NCBI GenBank assembly: GCA_965221165.1
Contig: CBDCRP010000002.1
Location: 640,001-704,000, forward strand
Direction: 5' to 3'
Source: a bacterium
GTDB lineage: Bacteria; UBA8248
Length of the DNA stretch: 64,000 nucleotides
Position numbers and translations under genes: made by a program. Shown here one piece after another: positions 62,126 to 64,000 of this stretch. The notes under the pieces are model-generated. The model worked only from the letters and a program-made list of their open reading frames with translations, made no database searches and had not been told where the DNA came from. How positions within the stretch are numbered: position 1 is the stretch's first letter; each line of letters begins with the position of its first letter.

Positions 62126-63013
62126 ATGGAGCGCAAAAAAGCGAGTGATTTCGACCAGGAATTATTGAATCTGTTCGATGAGTACGTGCACGGCATCATC
62201 GAGCGCAGGGAGTTTCTCGACAAGGCGGCCAAGTTCGCCGTCGGCGGCCTCACCGCCGCCGCTTTGCTGGACATGCTCTCGCCCGATTACGCCCTGGCGA
62301 AACAAGTCGAGGAGAACGACGCGCGCATCAAGGGCGAGACGATTGAGTACGCCTCCCCCAAGGGCCACGGAAAAATCAAGGCCTATCTCGTTCGTCCCGC
62401 GGGCGGGGGCAAGCGCGGCGGCGTGGTCGTCGTGCATGAGAACAGGGGGCTCAACCCCTATATCGCGGACGTCGCCCGGCGCGTGGCCGTGGCCGGCTTC
62501 ACCGCTCTTGCGCCAGACGGCCTTACGCCCTTGGGCGGATACCCCGGCAACGACCCCGACGGCAAGGTCATGCAGCGAAAGCTGGACAAGGCGAAACTGC
62601 TGCAGGATTTCTTCGCCGCCTTCGATCACCTGAAAGCCGACGCGAACGCGAACGGCAAAGTCGGCGTGGTGGGCTTTTGCTACGGAGGCGGCGTCTCGAA
62701 CGCCATGGCCGTCCACAAGCCGGACCTCGCCGCCTCGGTTCCCTTCTACGGACGCCAGCCCAAGACCGAAGCCGAGGTCGCCAGAATCAAGGCGCCCTTG
62801 CTGATCCACTTCGGCGAGCTGGATAAGCGCATCAACAAGGGGTGGCCCGCCTATGAGGCCGCACTCAAGAAACACGGCAAGGAATACACCGCGCATTTCT
62901 ACCCGAAGGCCAACCACGGCTTTCACAACGACACCACGCCGCGCTACGACAAAGCCGCCGCCGAACTCGCCTGGAAGCGCACAATCAACTTCTTCCGGGA
63001 GAAGCTGGGGTAG
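62126..63013 (+). CDS. Dienelactone hydrolase (YghX-like)
   Basis: [19 protein letters not shown]. Confidence 0.93.
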   Translation: MERKKASDFDQELLNLFDEYVHGIIERREFLDKAAKFAVGGLTAAALLDMLSPDYALAKQVEENDARIKGETIEYASPKGHGKIKAYLVRPAGGGKRGGVVVVHENRGLNPYIADVARRVAVAGFTALAPDGLTPLGGYPGNDPDGKVMQRKLDKAKLLQDFFAAFDHLKADANANGKVGVVGFCYGGGVSNAMAVHKPDLAASVPFYGRQPKTEAEVARIKAPLLIHFGELDKRINKGWPAYEAALKKHGKEYTAHFYPKANHGFHNDTTPRYDKAAAELAWKRTINFFREKLG

Positions 63014-63159
63014 ACCGATTTCGCGTGAGAATGGAAGGCCTCCCCTATGATGGGGGAGGTCGCCTTCTGTAGGGGCGGGGCTTAATTACGAAGACGGCAT
63101 GTATGGTAGCGTATCAAGGAAAGATTGAGAGAATTGACGTGAAGTATCCTTACTATAGA

Positions 63160-64000
63160 TTAAACTCTACTTGAATATTCCTCTAACAATTGCCGGCTAA
63201 TTTTCCCGCCATGAAGCCCTTTCATTAATGTGTATGGCTGAAGCAATGGGTTCCTAAATCTGTATCTGTAGTTTCGTCGTTTTCCTATTTTTTGAAAAAT
63301 CTCCCCCCTCTCTTCTTCGCAGAATTGATTCAAATGTCTGGAATATCTATCAATACTGTATTCTTTGTTCATTATCTGGCTCATCGGGCGTTTAACATCA
63401 ATGGCTCGAAAATATCCAAAATCATCTTTGGGAGCCAATGCGCATGCTTGCAATACTTCCTCAAATAAACTTTCTGGGCGGGAACTTCCCGTTGCTTTAT
63501 GGTAAGCGTTCATCACACTTTGTTCCGTATCCGCTAATGCGCTTTTTAGCGCATTTTCTACGTGGCAAAGCTGAATTTTTTGCTGGCCGTCGTCAATCGC
63601 ATCACGGGTAGCATGAAGCGCCAATAAATGCGCATAATGTGGTAAGCCCTGTGACAACAAAGAAAGATGATTAAGCGCAACCCCTTCAATCTCCATAGAA
63701 CTCAATCGCTCTAAGCCTTTTACAACAATGTTCCTGAGCTCTTCTTCAGACATTCTTGGCATTTTTATTTGAGTTAAGGCTCTTTCTACGGACTCGTGTT
63801 CTTCAATGAGTTCATCAATGGAGTCTCCAACCCCCACAACTACAATAGTAGTGTTAACTGGATTATCAGAAAGCGCTTTGATGGTATCTGCAAGAAGTAA
63901 CTTCGCATCATCGTCAACCAAGCGATCAAATTCATCAATGATTATAATCAATATAGCGTCATTGGAAATAATGGTTAGGGCTTTCCTGACAAGCGCTGGC
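63160..64000 (-). CDS. Low-GC P-loop ATPase (AAA+/Orc1-like), 5' end outside window
   Basis: Walker B IIIIDEFD, sensor R, SQGLPH helical lid. Confidence 0.75.
   Translation of the reverse strand, partial: PALVRKALTIISNDAILIIIIDEFDRLVDDDAKLLLADTIKALSDNPVNTTIVVVGVGDSIDELIEEHESVERALTQIKMPRMSEEELRNIVVKGLERLSSMEIEGVALNHLSLLSQGLPHYAHLLALHATRDAIDDGQQKIQLCHVENALKSALADTEQSVMNAYHKATGSSRPESLFEEVLQACALAPKDDFGYFRAIDVKRPMSQIMNKEYSIDRYSRHLNQFCEEERGEIFQKIGKRRNYRYRFRNPLLQPYTLMKGLHGGKISRQLLEEYSSRV

Overview
This is a GC-rich bacterial chromosomal region; its gene content suggests a heterotroph, but taxonomy cannot be determined from the sequence alone. It is dense in catabolic enzymes of unknown substrate (lyase, two CapA-type metallophosphoesterases, SDRs, M20 hydrolases, MBL-fold hydrolases, LLM, sulfatase, VOC proteins) and carries ABC transporters, aceE/aceF, msrB and kbl. 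No rRNA, tRNA, CRISPR array, integrase or transposase was recognised. Most of the interesting signal is outside the ORF track. (1) A dispersed ~30-bp hairpin family has covarying stems, tandem G.A mismatches and a GRNRA pentaloop; it forms a 22-bp x7 tandem array and a 500-bp cluster, and it interrupts another repeat. (2) A family of AT-rich elements has A-tracts phased at exactly 10 bp. (3) An unannotated UxxC selenoprotein (glutaredoxin-DinB fusion) has a SECIS-like hairpin. (4) A REP-flanked islet carries a DUF6338-like membrane protein and two divergent Pro/Lys-rich micropeptides, bounded by a duplicated gene 3' end. Several single-base homopolymer frameshifts are probably assembly errors.
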